The notes under the pieces were generated by a model that saw nothing but the letters and a program-made list of their open reading frames with translations, ran no database searches and was not told where the DNA came from. A program made the position numbers and the translations under genes. DNA of 62,179 nucleotides, counting the filler, from Choristocarpus tenellus KU-1152 (Eukaryota; Protista; Phaeophyceae): assembly GCA_964200185.2 (NCBI GenBank). It is 9 parts of 9 records of this genome, joined end to end, with 100 filler letters (N's around TTAATTAATTAA, not from the genome) between each part and the next. Parts side by side here need not be neighbours in the genome. Positions count along the whole stretch, not along the records: positions 1 to 13,161 come from CAXNAD020001565.1; positions 13,262 to 16,383 come from CAXNAD020022170.1; positions 16,484 to 32,270 come from CAXNAD020000928.1; 6 more parts are not named here. One strand, 5' to 3'. Positions 10,038 through 22,730 of this stretch are shown here, one piece after another; the stretch's first letter is position 1, and each line of letters starts with the position of its first letter.

Positions 10038-12900
10038 TGTGGAATTTACCTTGGGAGGTAATGCTATTTGTCAGTAGTGAAGAGAAGGTGTGAAGCCTTA
10101 CACGGTTCCCCATTGCTGAACGTGACTACATGTTGAAATAAGAAGAGTGACCTCTGTGGGGTGTCTTTTCGTTGTTTATTGTTATTTGTGTTGCGTTACC
10201 TATTTCAAAGTATCGAATGGGAATGAATACCCATACATAATTCCATATATATTCCGTATTTACCATCCCATTAGTTACATCACATGGATTGAATTTGAAC
10301 ACAATAATCTCATATACACCAACCAAGATACACCTCACTATTGCCCTATTTTGCACTCTCCCCCATGAGAGTGCAGGCAATTAAGAGTTGCTGGAACTCT
10401 CAAACTTAAAACATCTTATTGCGCACACTCCCCATTCTGCACACTCCCCCAAGCTAGTGGAAGTAAAAGACGTTAGATTGGTTTAACTCTCACACATATT
10501 ACATTTATCTTGTCAACGCAGTAAAAGAACACTGATTGCTTGAACTCAAACATACGTCATTCATCTAGTCAACACATTGTCTACGAAGTCTTGTATCTGC
10601 TTCTTTAGATGCACGAACACAGTAGTGATGTATAATCGTGTCCCATGATGATCCCTCAGTTAGTGTATGAGTAAACACTTGAGTCTCACTTAGTAAAAAT
10701 TTGAACCTGCCCCCTTTTGGTGTTTCTCTCGCTGACATAGCACTCACTCCCCCAGGCTTGATGCCTGTCCTAATTAAATGTCTTGTACATCCTCTCTTTG
10801 AGTGAATGCCTGTGCCACCAACCTGGTCTTGTTTGTTCAATGGTCCCCTCAGCTGTTGGCTTTGTCTTAAATTCAGACTTAGTCTTGACAGGATTTCTTC
10901 CCCAAGTCAAAACCTCCCTCTCTATGAATGTTCCATTTATCCATTGTTCTTCCATCTCCTCCATTGCTGCTTGCCATTCTCACGTGTCAGGCCCCGTGAG
11001 TGTCTCTGATATAGAAGACGGTTCTTGATGGTCTGGAGTAGATATCATTTACTTCCCAGACTTACAAGTCTTGCACAGGCAATCCTTTGCTGACATACTC
11101 CCTCGCCAGGGTGCCTAAAAAAACCCCTCTGCTAACATACTCCCTGGTACATTCTAGTTTGATGTGACATGCCTTCTCTGCCCATTGAAATTATCCGATG
11201 GTTATCGCTGCTTCAACTGCACCTCGATTGTCTCCATACCAAGTTGTGACCCCTTTGAAGTATGTCCAGGTAATTTCTCCGACTCTTTAGTCGGTGTCGC
11301 TCTCCTCTGGCAACAAACGACCTAAAGGTCTCCTTTAACTCCACAGTTGTAGCATATTCCTTCCAAAGAACAAGGATCAATATGCTTGGTAATACCACAG
11401 TTCAAATATCTTCTGTTGGTCCTGATCTCATCTCTGGTAGGGGATCCTGTTGTGATGTGGTCCGTACGTCGACCAGTTGTACCTTAGCCACCTCCTCTGC
11501 TGACCTTCTGTGTTCTCTTCCATGAGTTTATGTCCCAGCGAGTGCTCCCAGGCTCCCTGCGGTTAGCTCCTTCCCTTTCTAGTGGAGGCTTAGTTGCTGC
11601 TCCAGCTAAAGCTTGCATAACCTTTTTGATTGCCCGCTCAGTAATCCCGTTGCTCTGGGGCTTGCCTGGCGGGGTCTTGCACCATTCACGCCTCGCTCTG
11701 TCAGCATGCGCTGGAACCTTACGCTCCTCCCGAACGTCAGCGCCATCTCCACTGATACACCTCACCACCACCCATTCCCGAGCCATTTTGTCGATATAGG
11801 CGGCGATGGCCGCGGTAGAGGCGTCCTTGGTATGCAGACCCATCACGTGCTTCTCCCGGCTGGCCTCGTCCACGAACACCCGAAGGTACTTCATGCCCGT
11901 CATATCTGGTTTGAACGGTCCCTTCCGGTCTGTGTGCACCACCTCCCCCACTGCGGCCGCCCTCGTGCGTAACCGAGTGCCTCGAACTTGCATTCCTCGC
12001 ATACCTGGCAGTAGGGCTCTGAGGCGACTCTAGCATCTGCGATGTCCAGGAGGCCTCGTTTCTCCAGGTGCTTGATCGCGAATGGATTGATGTGACCCAT
12101 GATGTTGTGCCAGTCGGAGAGGGAGAGAAGCTTCTGCATATTGGCGTAGCTAGTATTGGCCGTGTCTGACCCTACTCCATTTTCACCGGAAACTGAGCCC
12201 ACAGCATCAAGAAGTCTCCCTTCACCTCCAAATGGATCTTGACTTCCCCCTTCTTTTGCTGGATATAGTAGCTCCTTCTGATCCCTGAGACAACGAACTC
12301 ACCTCCCTTTCGCCGCACGCTGCCTATGCTGAAAAGCCTGCATGGTAGACCCAGTACCCAAAGCACATCCTGGAGCACAATCGTGGTCGGAGTGTCCGTC
12401 TCGTCAGTTGCCTCCAGGATCATCTCGCTGGTTGCTAGTACGTCCAGTGTACCTTTGTTTCCAAAGGTGCAGGTGTGGGTAATAGATGTTATTGCAATGA
12501 GGTCCTGCAGTCGGGGGTTAAGGTGTAGGTTTGCACCCGAGTCGCACAGTAGGCTGATGGTCTTGGACAGATCTTGAGATGAGGACTGGAGCGCTGCCTT
12601 GACCATTCTGTTGTACACGTCCTCCCCTACAGACACGTTCATGGCCAGGAACGCCCGCGATGAGTCCTGGCGATCAGCCTTCCCGCCTTCTCCGCCACCG
12701 CTGCTCCGGTCCCTGGTTGGTGGTGGTGGCAACTCACGCGCCGCCGCAAGCCTGTGGGGGCGCTTAGCAGGAGGTTTGCCAGCCAAGTACGAGTGGGCAT
12801 TCTTTCCATCTGTGGCTAAATTTGAGATAAAACGCACATTGGTTCTAACCGAAGCCGCTCCCGGACTCCTGTCTCCCTGTCAGTGTCCCTGGACCTGTGT
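10038..12900 (-). mobile_element. Ty1/copia element C (different LTR at 10038-10357; internally deleted RT, integrase, GAG-pre-integrase, protease)
   Basis: TG..TTGCAC LTR-like block followed by a PPT (ctcccccatgag, 10358). RT start (MEEMEEQWINGTF..GRNPVKTK), integrase (HTDRKGPF..VFVDEASR; PQSNGITERAIK), WHNIMGHIN and protease LLCDSGANLH (ORF 12172-12837). Confidence 0.8.
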
Positions 12901-12929
12901 CGAGCGCCATAGCCCCCGAGTTCCTAGTC

Positions 12930-13161
12930 GTTTCAGCCAACACGACGAGTGCCCCTACTTCAGGAAGAGTGAAGACGGACACATCGCCATCCTCACTAAC
13001 TACGTGTACGATACTGCCACCACAAGGAACTTCACAGAGGAGATCCAAAGGATGAAGGCATTGCTGCTGGAGAAGTACGAGTGGCGGGACCTAGGCACGC
13101 GGGATAAGCCGAACAAGCTTATTGGGGTGGACATCACTCTGGTGTGTACAGCATCACCCTG
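12930..13161 (+). mobile_element. Copia RT fragment in inverted orientation
   Basis: SQHDECPYFRKSEDGHIAILTNYVYD..EKYEWRDLG. 13057-13161 is the reverse complement of 9933-10037 with one mismatch seen. Confidence 0.85.
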
Positions 13162-13261
13162 NNNNNNNNNNNNNNNNNNNNNNNNNNNNNNNNNNNNNNN
13201 NNNNNTTAATTAATTAANNNNNNNNNNNNNNNNNNNNNNNNNNNNNNNNNNNNNNNNNNNN
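13162..13261. other. Artificial contig spacer N44-TTAATTAATTAA-N44
   Basis: Identical 100-nt block occurs 8 times; TTAATTAATTAA places stops in all six frames. Confidence 0.97.
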
Positions 13262-13320
13262 GTGAAAATCGAAAAAAGGGTGAAAAAGAGACGCCGACAC
13301 CCCCCCCCAGATACTTTGAG
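13262..13320 (+). mobile_element. MITE family 1-type terminus (partial, contig start)
   Basis: Poly-C + AGATACTTTGAG end; nearly identical to 62081-62141. Confidence 0.7.
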
Positions 13321-13329
13321 CTAAAAGTG

Positions 13330-13860
13330 GAAGACGTTGCGCATCAAATATGTAATAGGCATCACCAGTCCCCTTGATAGTGACTCTCATCAGCCTTACA
13401 GGAAGAACGTGAGGGTAGGATGTTGAATGCTAGGTTGGGGACAAGAGTGACAGACTATAGAGTAACAAGTACCCACTAATCAGGACTTACTTTGAAAATA
13501 AGGTCGAGCATACCATGTCCCTTGATAGGTGAGGATGTACCATCAGCCACTGTCATTTTGCGGCCTTCAGGACGTGGTCTATAATTGTACGAGTTAGTCA
13601 GATCATTCATCACACTGTTGGATGCCCCCGCATCAAAGCACCATCTAATCCAAACACTCTCACCTTATTGTCATCCGCTACGGGAGCCAATCTCCTCTGT
13701 TCTTCTTTGCTAGTTGCAACCCTGGTCCAGCCAATACCCCACCTGCTTAGACGGGGTCGCCCTCCCCTGGTGACAAGCGTACCCCAGGTTGTCCTTTTTC
13801 CTCACACTTCATACATGATCTTAAAATGAACAAGGACCAGCATGCTTGATCAGTCCACAA
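13330..13860 (-). mobile_element. LTR retrotransposon gag/protease relic (probably Ty3/gypsy)
   Basis: The minus strand near 13610-13642 reads CFDAGASNSVM, a decayed aspartic protease D(S/T)GA motif. No long ORF. Confidence 0.35.
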
Positions 13861-13961
13861 TTGAAACATCTTTCACGAGTCTTGATTGATCTCATACCTG
13901 GCACGGGATCCTGTCGTACCAGTGTTCACACGATCACTAGTCGCGCTGTAGCCGCCTCATT

Positions 13962-14078
13962 GGTTGGCCTTCAATGTCTTCGCAGTAAGAACACTCCCAG
14001 GCTCTCCACGTCTCCTTGCCTCCTCGGTTGGCCTTCAATGTCTTCGCGGTAAGAGCGTTCCCAGCGGTTCCCTGCCTC
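13962..14078. repeat. Imperfect tandem duplication (~63-bp unit, 2 copies)
   Basis: ggttggccttcaatgtcttcgc(a/g)gtaaga occurs at ~13962 and ~14026. Confidence 0.75.
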
Positions 14079-14629
14079 TCGTTCAAGGGAAAACACGTTG
14101 AACGAGAAGTGCGTTTTATGGTAGCTCTCGTCCGTTCTCCATTACGATGATATTGTAGGTAGTGTTTGATGATAATCAAGCACAGAAAATGTCTCTGTCA
14201 ATGATCACCTTACTCGTTTTGTTTTGCTGTTCCCTGTTCCAAACAAAGAGGTCGCAACTGTGCAATTAACCTTGAAACTATTGCTATTTGATCAGTAGCG
14301 AAGACATTAAGGTGTAGTATCATACGACCCCTTTGCTGAAGGTGAAAAGAATGGGCGGATGAAGTTAGACGAGTGACCTTTTTTGGAGTATCTTCTTGTA
14401 TTATCCCTAATGATTATTCAAATGTTGCTGCTGAAGAGTTTACTCAAGCAAACTAAAGATAGCTTACAGCTTCCATCCGAATTTCCTCTCTAGAACCTCC
14501 GTAAAAACGTTAAAAATCAGAACCATGCCATCCAACGTCTAGTGTTCCCCATTTTCGTACCTCGTAATAAAGTTCTAGGGCATAGATAGGTTACTAAAGT
14601 ACTGATGGTCCGAATCCACTTGCACACTT

Positions 14630-14777
14630 GCACTTGTCCAATGTTGACCTCGTCCTCTTGTTTATGGTTCATCTTGGTCCATCTGGTCCATCTTGCCCTG
14701 CGATTCTCTTCACCATACTACCCTCCCTTGTCTGAGTGAACCACACCCCCACAGAATCACACGATTCACATTTAACA
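14630..14777 (-). repeat. Dispersed repeat (probable LTR segment) shared with 52995-53130
   Basis: atgtgaatcgtgtgattctgtgg..gtggttcactcag.caaggg..ggtgaagagaatc..gggcaaga.ggaccaga on the minus strand here and the plus strand at ~52995. Confidence 0.7.
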
Positions 14778-15699
14778 TGGAAGAGTTGAGTGAGTTAGTA
14801 TGATTTAGGGAGGTCTTTCCATCAACTATTTGTTGAATTTGAAGCAGTATGAATCGTTGTAGTGTAATTTTGGTTTTGATTTTTTCCCTCACATCTCCAA
14901 ACAAAATGTTTCTTTATCAGGTCTTCCTTCCAATTTTCAGATATATACATCCTTCACAAAAAAAGTAACAGTAGTATTTTTTAGAGGTTTAATGATTCTT
15001 CGAACTATTATTCTTACGTCGTAGAAATAGAGAGATGATTACGGGATTATGCTTCTGCTTCTACTACTACTATTATTGATTTACAAGTTATAATTAGTAT
15101 CTTTACTACTTCCTATCACATCTGGAATAAAATAAATTGTGCTAACTTTCGTCGAAACTTGGGTTAGTCTGTGGAATCCACACTCAACAAAAATTAGTCG
15201 AAATAAGGCAATAGACGTTACCTCACAAAAGGGAAGAAGGATCATAAAAGCAAAACAAAGGATCGGAAGAAAAAGCAAAACAAAGAAGAGAATAAAGAAT
15301 AAATCAAAAGGAAGAATAGAACAGGACGAACACAGTATCACCCAAAAACGTAAGGAGAAGAGAAGAAAATGAACAAGAGAAGCGTGAGAGTAAGCCCACA
15401 AAGAAGCATTCATCAGGCAGTAATAATGGTGATGGGTTGGTTTGCCAACCTTGGTTGTTCTTTTGATGTGACATACTTTGGCTACTGACCCAAGAAATAG
15501 GAACCTCCTCTTGTACACTGTTCCCTTGATACTCTCACACACTCATCGTAAGAGCATCTTTGTGGGATGAAACATGATCGATGCGTTCCCGTTTGCGGAA
15601 ATCTATGTAGCGGAGGAGGAATTTGTGATGATATGACCAGAGCTTCAGGTAATGAGCCTGACGGAGTGTCGACGTCACGCAACTCTATAACATAACTTC

Positions 15700-16383
15700 A
15701 AGTACTTCAGGTTCGAGCATTCGAATCTTAAGCTCAAATGAGACATCCTGTCGGCATCGTCATCGACGGTTCCCCCATGGAGTACAAACCTATGAGTCTG
15801 CTTGTAGGTCTAATCCAGTACCTGGATCGGCATAGTTTCAGCATCATTAGAAAAAGGGTATGTGTCTTTATAGTTGATAGAGTCAGACCCAATGATCTGG
15901 TCACCTTCACAATCACTGTCATCATCCTGGCCAAACCTCCATGGATCTTGGAGATAATGCCTGCACCATCGGCATAAAGCATGACCCATAGAAGCAGCTC
16001 AAGTGTTGTCTCGCACTCTGGTGGTCCTCCTCCTTTGATCGTTTTTTTGTGGACACTCTCTTGATGGAAATAAGGTCCTTGGAGGTAGCTGGGTCAGATT
16101 TAAAGTCTCAAATTGCCACACTTAGCAGTGCAGTGAAGAGGATACTGAAGAGGATCGGAGCAAGAATACCATCGTGCCAAAGGCCCTGTCCAACCTAAAA
16201 CCAGTCTGCTTGTGCACTCCCCATCACCCATACGAACACATGCCCTCGTACCATCATGGAAATGAGGGATGACATAGACCATTTCTCAGGTATGCCAAAT
16301 TTGTCCAGCACAACCGATAGGAGATCACGGTTGATTGATGCACATGCTTTCTCTAGACCGACAAAAGACGTGAAGAGGGTACA
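15700..16383 (-). mobile_element. RTE-like LINE reverse transcriptase fragment
   Basis: VIPHFHDGTRACVRMGDGEC and MLYADGAGIISK (YADD motif). Homologous to 52270-52745. Confidence 0.8.
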
Positions 16384-16483
16384 NNNNNNNNNNNNNNNNN
16401 NNNNNNNNNNNNNNNNNNNNNNNNNNNTTAATTAATTAANNNNNNNNNNNNNNNNNNNNNNNNNNNNNNNNNNNNNNNNNNNN
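16384..16483. other. Artificial contig spacer
   Basis: N44-TTAATTAATTAA-N44. Confidence 0.97.
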
Positions 16484-16661
16484 GACCCAAAGTATCTGGG
16501 GGGGGGGGGTCAACACCAGTGTGTCCATTTGGACAATAATCAGGAAAAGTGCACTTACGTTATCCATCCGATGTATGCAACCAAATCGCCCAAAAATCGC
16601 GACATGATAAAATTGGCCCCAAATGGACAGCCGCCACCCCCCCCCCCCAGATACTTTGACC
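16484..16661 (+). mobile_element. MITE family 1, full copy (~175 bp)
   Basis: TIRs GACCCAAAGTATCT+poly-G ... poly-C+AGATACTTTGACCC; conserved interior (aaaagtgcactt..tatccatcc..aatcgcgacatg..aattggccccaaatggacagccgcc). Confidence 0.88.
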
Positions 16662-17299
16662 CAAGGGTTTAATATGATTGCACTAATATTATAGACCTGA
16701 ACTTTTATGACCATTATATCTTGCTCTTGAGCTCCTCCAAAGAAGATAAACAGAATTCAGGAGAAACGACAAGTGAAAAATTTCCACCATCCAGGAAAGC
16801 ACAAACATAAACGAACGCACTTAAGAGATTGTGCATACATACGCTCTCTCACTCCTGTTCTCCCCCTACCTGTATGGAGAGGGTTCCAACTGCACATCCT
16901 GCCAGCTCAAGGCAGGTCAGGCTGCCCGCCTTGAAGGCTCCACTCTCCATGATGTAGTTGTGCAGGACGATATCATCAAGACCTTACTTGCACGACGAAT
17001 TGCCACCATCATTCAGAGGGCAAAAGCATGGGAAACCATCGGTGCAGGGCAAGCATAGGATCAAAGATAGGGATAAGGGGGGAAAGGGGCATACACCACT
17101 ACAAGAGATCAACAGAAGTTCAATTGACCTGGTAATATCAGGAATTGCATTGAAAACAGATCTGTACAATATAAACACCACCCAACATGAATTTGATTTC
17201 TGACTGGATATCACATGTTCAGTGCACAAGATATGAATGTTCAATACCGCTCAGTTATGTGGACCCAAGCAGGGGTGTGTGTGACTGCAGCAGGCGGTG

Positions 17300-18900
17300 A
17301 GAGTCTGTTCTAATACCACTTTCACAAGAGGGATGAGCTGCTGCAGGTTTAGGGCGGAGAGTAGAGTCCTTCCCTTCCATTCCCTGATACTTCACTCATG
17401 ACATCCATCAAATACCAGATACTCACTGATACTCCCGAGTATGTGTAATGTTCACCTTTTCAAAGTTTCCAGTCCAAAACTCAATCCATAACGATTTGAA
17501 GCAAAGGTTCTATGGAATGAAGGTCTGTTCCCTATGTGATGTCGAACCTCTCTTCAGCTGGTTAATATGAGCAACAGTGAACAACCAAAAAACCAAAACA
17601 AAAGAGGAAGATAGAGCTAGATTTACACCTATTACAACTCACACCTGCTTCCTGTACTTTGAAAGATCTTCTGAGCTAATCCAGCACTCTCAACAGTGCA
17701 ACCCTATAGATACTTCTTACTCTACCCCCAACACTACAATCATACTGAAAACAAGAGCAAGTACTTCCAGGAGCACGAGATAACATCCAGTCAATCCCAT
17801 CATCAGAGGTTGAATTGATTTGACAGGCACAACAAGGCGCTTGAGCTGTAAACCCGGTCCATGCTGATAAACTAGTACTGGTCCAAGGTCCAATATCTAG
17901 TACATCATCCCCTTCCATGTAGAATGAGACTCATTTCCAAGATAAATTCCTGCTGACCTCCAATTATACCCTTTTTCCACAAGAAAGAGAGGTCAGCATG
18001 AGGCACCAACACTGAAGGCTCACCCTCGCCATCATTTTGTTCCTGACTCTCTCAAGGAGTCTACCAGCGGCAGTACTCTTCATCTCTCTACCATATGACC
18101 TCTTTTACATGCTCCTTCAGAGCCTCAGAATGAGTCTAATGGGGGAAAATTAGTCCCTGTCCACTGTCCTTGTGTCAGCTATAGCCATCTCCTTCGCATC
18201 ACAAAGGTAATCAGCTTCATTACCTTATCTCTAGTGAACTCAGACCGGTGAAAAGACTTCATAAATACTTGATCAACAGACCAACAGTTGGGAATTGGTC
18301 ATTGGCCACCATCTTCAACTAAATCAACCCCTGACAAGTCTCTGAAGGAAAAATGTCGTCAAGCTAGATAACCTAAACAACAAGAGTACAAGTCAAGCAT
18401 GCACACAATCTCCTCCAATAGGCAGAGCTCCTCTTGAAAAAAGTAGTAAAGGCTATCGCCTGTGATATGAGCAGGAGGAAAGCGCAGCTCAGATAAGGAG
18501 CAATGACAGGGACCCTTCATAATCATAGACCCTTTCAAAATCCCTCAATGATCACATAATGGAGGCAAGCAAGCACATACAATAAAATTATCAGCACCAT
18601 CATCCTCAGATCCAGCAAGATATCAAGGCACCAGACCAAAAATGAGCATGGTGAAGATGCGTAGGGAATAGCTCTCAAGAATTATCCACTCAAGTCAATT
18701 CCTTCTTACTTAGAAACAGATAAACCTTGGCATGGCTTTCTAAATCCAAGCAAAATCGATCCTGCCATGAAAGACCATGAACTAGTACAGGCCCACCATA
18801 TTGGATGGTCTTGCAGACAGAGCACCTCACGATGCCTTGGGTATCACCAACCTCTACGGTTGATAGTAATGGAGCGCAACCTTGCATTATAATGTCGGGA
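17300..18900 (-). mobile_element. Degenerate retroelement RT/RNase H, possibly DIRS-like
   Basis: Decayed motifs: RIFTML and ADNFIVCA (for YxDDF) at ~18575-18665, WTSTSLSAWTG (DAS..GWG) at ~17855-17885, HILGSISE (HIPG..N) at ~17425-17447. Weak and frameshifted. Confidence 0.35.
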
Positions 18901-20699
18901 TGATATGTGCTCTAAAGTGCAGGAGCGAGGAGTGAATATTAATAGAGTAAAAGACATTGCACCACTAGGAGACCTGGGTGCTTGTATGCTTTAAACAGCA
19001 GAAGTGCTCAATGCATCAAGCAGACCTGAGCTGTGAAATGAAAATCTAGCAATCCTGCTATTAATAGTCTATTTATCTGGTGCTCAGTATTGCTTATGAT
19101 AACCAGTTCAAGAGAGACCTCCACCATACAGGGAGCATAGCTACATAGCGAAGGGCACTATGCATCAAAACGTTCTACTGGATTAGGTATGCAATCAGGC
19201 GTATGTTATGTATGAAAATATGCACCCAACACAATGTTCTATTCTGAATCCATGCGAGTAGCAAACTATTGGAGTATTGGATCGGCTCTGCCTCACACCC
19301 AACACCCAACTTAAAATGGAATAGTAGTAGTAGACTTGTGGATGGTCAATGTGAGGTTTCGGACCACAATCACGGATGTGCCTTGGGCAGCACTTCTCAA
19401 GATAATGCACTGACATCAACAACCCCATATGCAACAATGTCAGCCAAGAGTTGCATAGCAACACAAGTCACACAGGGAAGGGTGTGTCATAGAAAGACAT
19501 CATCTACTATGAAGCTATTGATGTTCCAAGGACCAACAGGTGGCTATAAAACGGCAAACCCACCTGTACAATTGTTTGCACTGAGACGGGTCAGGGCTGG
19601 GCAACCCCCAGCAAGTCGTTCCAGGAACAGTCCGTTCAGCTGAGGGCAGGCATCAATGAGAAGAGAAGAAAGGAGGGGACACCTACCCGCCAAAGCCTAA
19701 TGATAGTGAGTTATGCAGGGTAAAGGAGACATCCCCAAGTGGACGGGATTTAAAAGGTAAGGGCCCAGAGGCAGAGCAAGGTGCAGATAAGCATAATGAA
19801 AGGGAAGAGAGAAGCTAGCGAGAGTGCCCTAGGCAACAATCCCCTCTAAAAAACCATACATAAATGAGAGAAATGCGCCACTTTGAAGGCTTCAATCAGG
19901 TGCTGACCAGGGATTGAGACTGGAAAGCCCCTATTGAACATCAAACCCTTCTACAAGAAGAATTTGGGAGATGGTGGGATTTGAACCTGCAACATACACT
20001 CCCTATTATTAAGAAATTATCTGGCTCAAAACAAATACTACATAAACGAAATCTTTGGCTACACAAGGATGGTTGCTTGCTGTGGACATTTTTTTCTGCC
20101 TATGATGTAGCATTCAGATAGCTAGCCTTGTGAACCAAGGGGGGGCATTGAAAACAGTTTCGGTAATACAAAATACTGAAATACATACTTGTACCAAGAG
20201 GGGGTTAAAATGTACTGTCCATTATGGTAGGTGTGTGGGTCAGGTATTATGAAGGAGTGGTTGAATGTTCCAGTTGTGTGTGATGGGAGCAATCGTCCAA
20301 AACAAAAGTGCTACTAGCAGATAGGACGGGTTGTGGGGCCAGAAGAGTGTGTGCCCATCAGTGAGAAGGACAGAAACGTTGAGAAGATGAATACATGTCG
20401 AGAAAGCAATGAGCTAACAGTAGGCCCTTGGTGCTTCACCGCATCCTAGTGGGTTCAACTCTCAAGCTATCATTTGAAGAGGTTCAGGCATGGACAATCA
20501 TGCCCTTGTCCATCATAAACAAACATGACATAAAACAGGTATGACCGCTGCTTCGGCTGTAAGAAATGCCAACTGCGTAATATGTCCAAATTATCTGCGA
20601 CGTGTTCCAAAATATTCTGGCTCTGTAGTGCTGTTCTCTAACTACTGGACTCTAGTATGACAGTTACACATTGTATCATACATGATTAAGGAATTATCA

Positions 20700-22730
20700 A
20701 CAAAATTACTATCATAACCTAATGTCTTTGTAACCCAACAACTTCATCGTGCATGCACATCAGTGCAAAAGTACAGCAGTGGCTGCAAATGCACCTCAAG
20801 CATCTTCTCTATACACCTCGTGGGGCTTCTTCAAACACAACAAGAGAGACTGGAGTATACCCCCCTTGCTCATTTTTCCTGACTCACACCTGCACCCAAA
20901 CCTACACCCTGTTCAATGCACATCACAGCAGTCTGCTCTCACACCTCCCTGTAGCTTACCTTCAAAATTCCATCTGATATGTCCACATTGCCTCTCACAT
21001 CAAGAACGCGCAAGGAGCAAGCCTGATCCTCCTGAATGTTAAATCAAATATATGAAAGTCAATCACAATCACATTGCCATTGACAAGACAGTGAAAGTGG
21101 AGCGGGGGGAAAGACTTTAAAATGAGGGTATTTTCTTTCGAAAAAAAACTCAAACATTCCCCCACCTCAAGATTTTCAAATAAAAAATCATTGGTTCGAG
21201 ATTATCTCCCATAATCACAAATTCAGTAACCTATCCTAATCTCCACATCTGAGGATTGTGACGTAACACACCTACTACTACATCTTTAGATGGTGATTGC
21301 TAAATTTCTGTGCTTCCATTTTCCATTTTATCGAGTGTTTCCCTGGAGGAATATTAACAGTGGCATCCTATCACGAGAGTTGCTGCTCTAGTATGCCTCC
21401 TTGTTGAACCCCCAATCCCATGGCTAGCAACATACTTGATACATATAGTAGGTGCGATCTCAGTGTCTGCTTGCATAGTATTCCTGCATCAAAATCACCT
21501 ACTCACCCAAAATATTGGCACTCACAAAATACTCGGCAACACCCTGCCTCACCCCCTCCCAGCCCTTCCTGCTCAACTCTGTCCCATTAACCTGGGCATC
21601 GGCATGAAATTCCCCCACACAGATCTTAGAGCAACTCTTGAGTATTATTGAGGCGATGTATACATGAGACCACATTAGAATTTGGGGCATATACTTTTGG
21701 ACATACTACAATATTTCAAATCCCATCCACCACTGTCCCCCCTCAAATGGAATTACTGAACATAGGAGCCATGACAGTTTGCATACAAAACCAAATTCCT
21801 GTGTATCATACCCTCAACACTGTGGTCAATTCTTGATTGCTGCTTTGCAGGTGGTTGTAGTACCTTCCTATCAACCTCCGCCATCCTGATCTTCAGAAGC
21901 AATGCTTCCACCTGCCTGAGGTGTGGAGACCAGCCTAGCCAAACTTCCTCCAGTCTAGAGCAGGCAGAGTTAGGATACCTGAGGAAATACAAGTGTTCAT
22001 GTGTCACTTGGGATAGGGAGGAGTGCAGCAGGATGGCCGTGATAGACTGAAGAGGGAGGGAAGAGATTGCATGGGATGAGTGATGGAGGGGACGGATGAT
22101 GGGGCAAGGCTAATGGATAGATACTTCTGCATGGTACGCATGTGGTGTATTGAGGATGTTTGTATTGTAGTAACAGAAAAGGCAAAAACAATGAACTGCG
22201 TTCGCCAAAGATGGAGGGCTGAGCAGGCACATAGGATGAGTCCGGAAAGAACATAAGGCTAGGGGGGTTAAGAGCACCTAGAGTAAGCAGTCGCAGGGTG
22301 TATTATGGTTGCAATGCGGAAGTACCGGTCCTTGGTGGCTCCGTAACGGGCAACACAGCGAATATTCTACCCTGGTAATATAGTATTCCTCGTCGATATG
22401 CACATCACAATCGTCAAGCTATATTGTATCTCGATAGGAGAAGCCCCCAATTTTCCCCCCCATAACTCCTCAACTGACGAGCAGGGCGTCAGTGACGGTA
22501 GGGGGCGCCTTGGAAAGATCCAAAGAGTGCACTTCGCACCACCGCAGCAGCTCAAGAACCGCGTTGTCTGTCAAGCAATTTGTCCGCTTAGCCCATTGCA
22601 AAATCATTTCTCCCAGGGCTGACGGAATGATGTCTTTCGTCGGTTGTGCCTTCAACGAGTGCCGGCCTGTCGCTGAGCGCGAGCCCACCCTCCAACGCGA
22701 CAAAAGGGCATTTATGACAGCTGGATCAGG
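20700..22730 (-). pseudogene. Degenerate Plavaka/CMC(CACTA)-like DNA transposase
   Basis: N-terminal DNAVLELLRWCEVHSLDLSKAPPTVTDA (ORF 22470-22751), then VEYSLCCPL, and D-V-(1-nt shift)-MHDEVVGLQRH at ~20722-20763, resembling the DxMHxxxxG motif of CMC/Plavaka transposases. Many stops. Confidence 0.4.

Noticed and set aside
12599-13213. 204-aa ORF as a novel fusion protein
   Set aside because: It is a chance read-through from antisense copia gag/protease into an inverted RT fragment and the N spacer.
13206-13217. Recurrent TTAATTAATTAA palindrome as a biological repeat or recombination site
   Set aside because: It is always centred in exactly 44+44 N, so it is an artificial six-frame-stop linker.
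19960-19992. tRNA gene (B-box-like GGTTCAAATCCC on the minus strand)
   Set aside because: Only a T-arm-like motif is present, with no A-box or cloverleaf. At most it is a tRNA-derived TE fragment.
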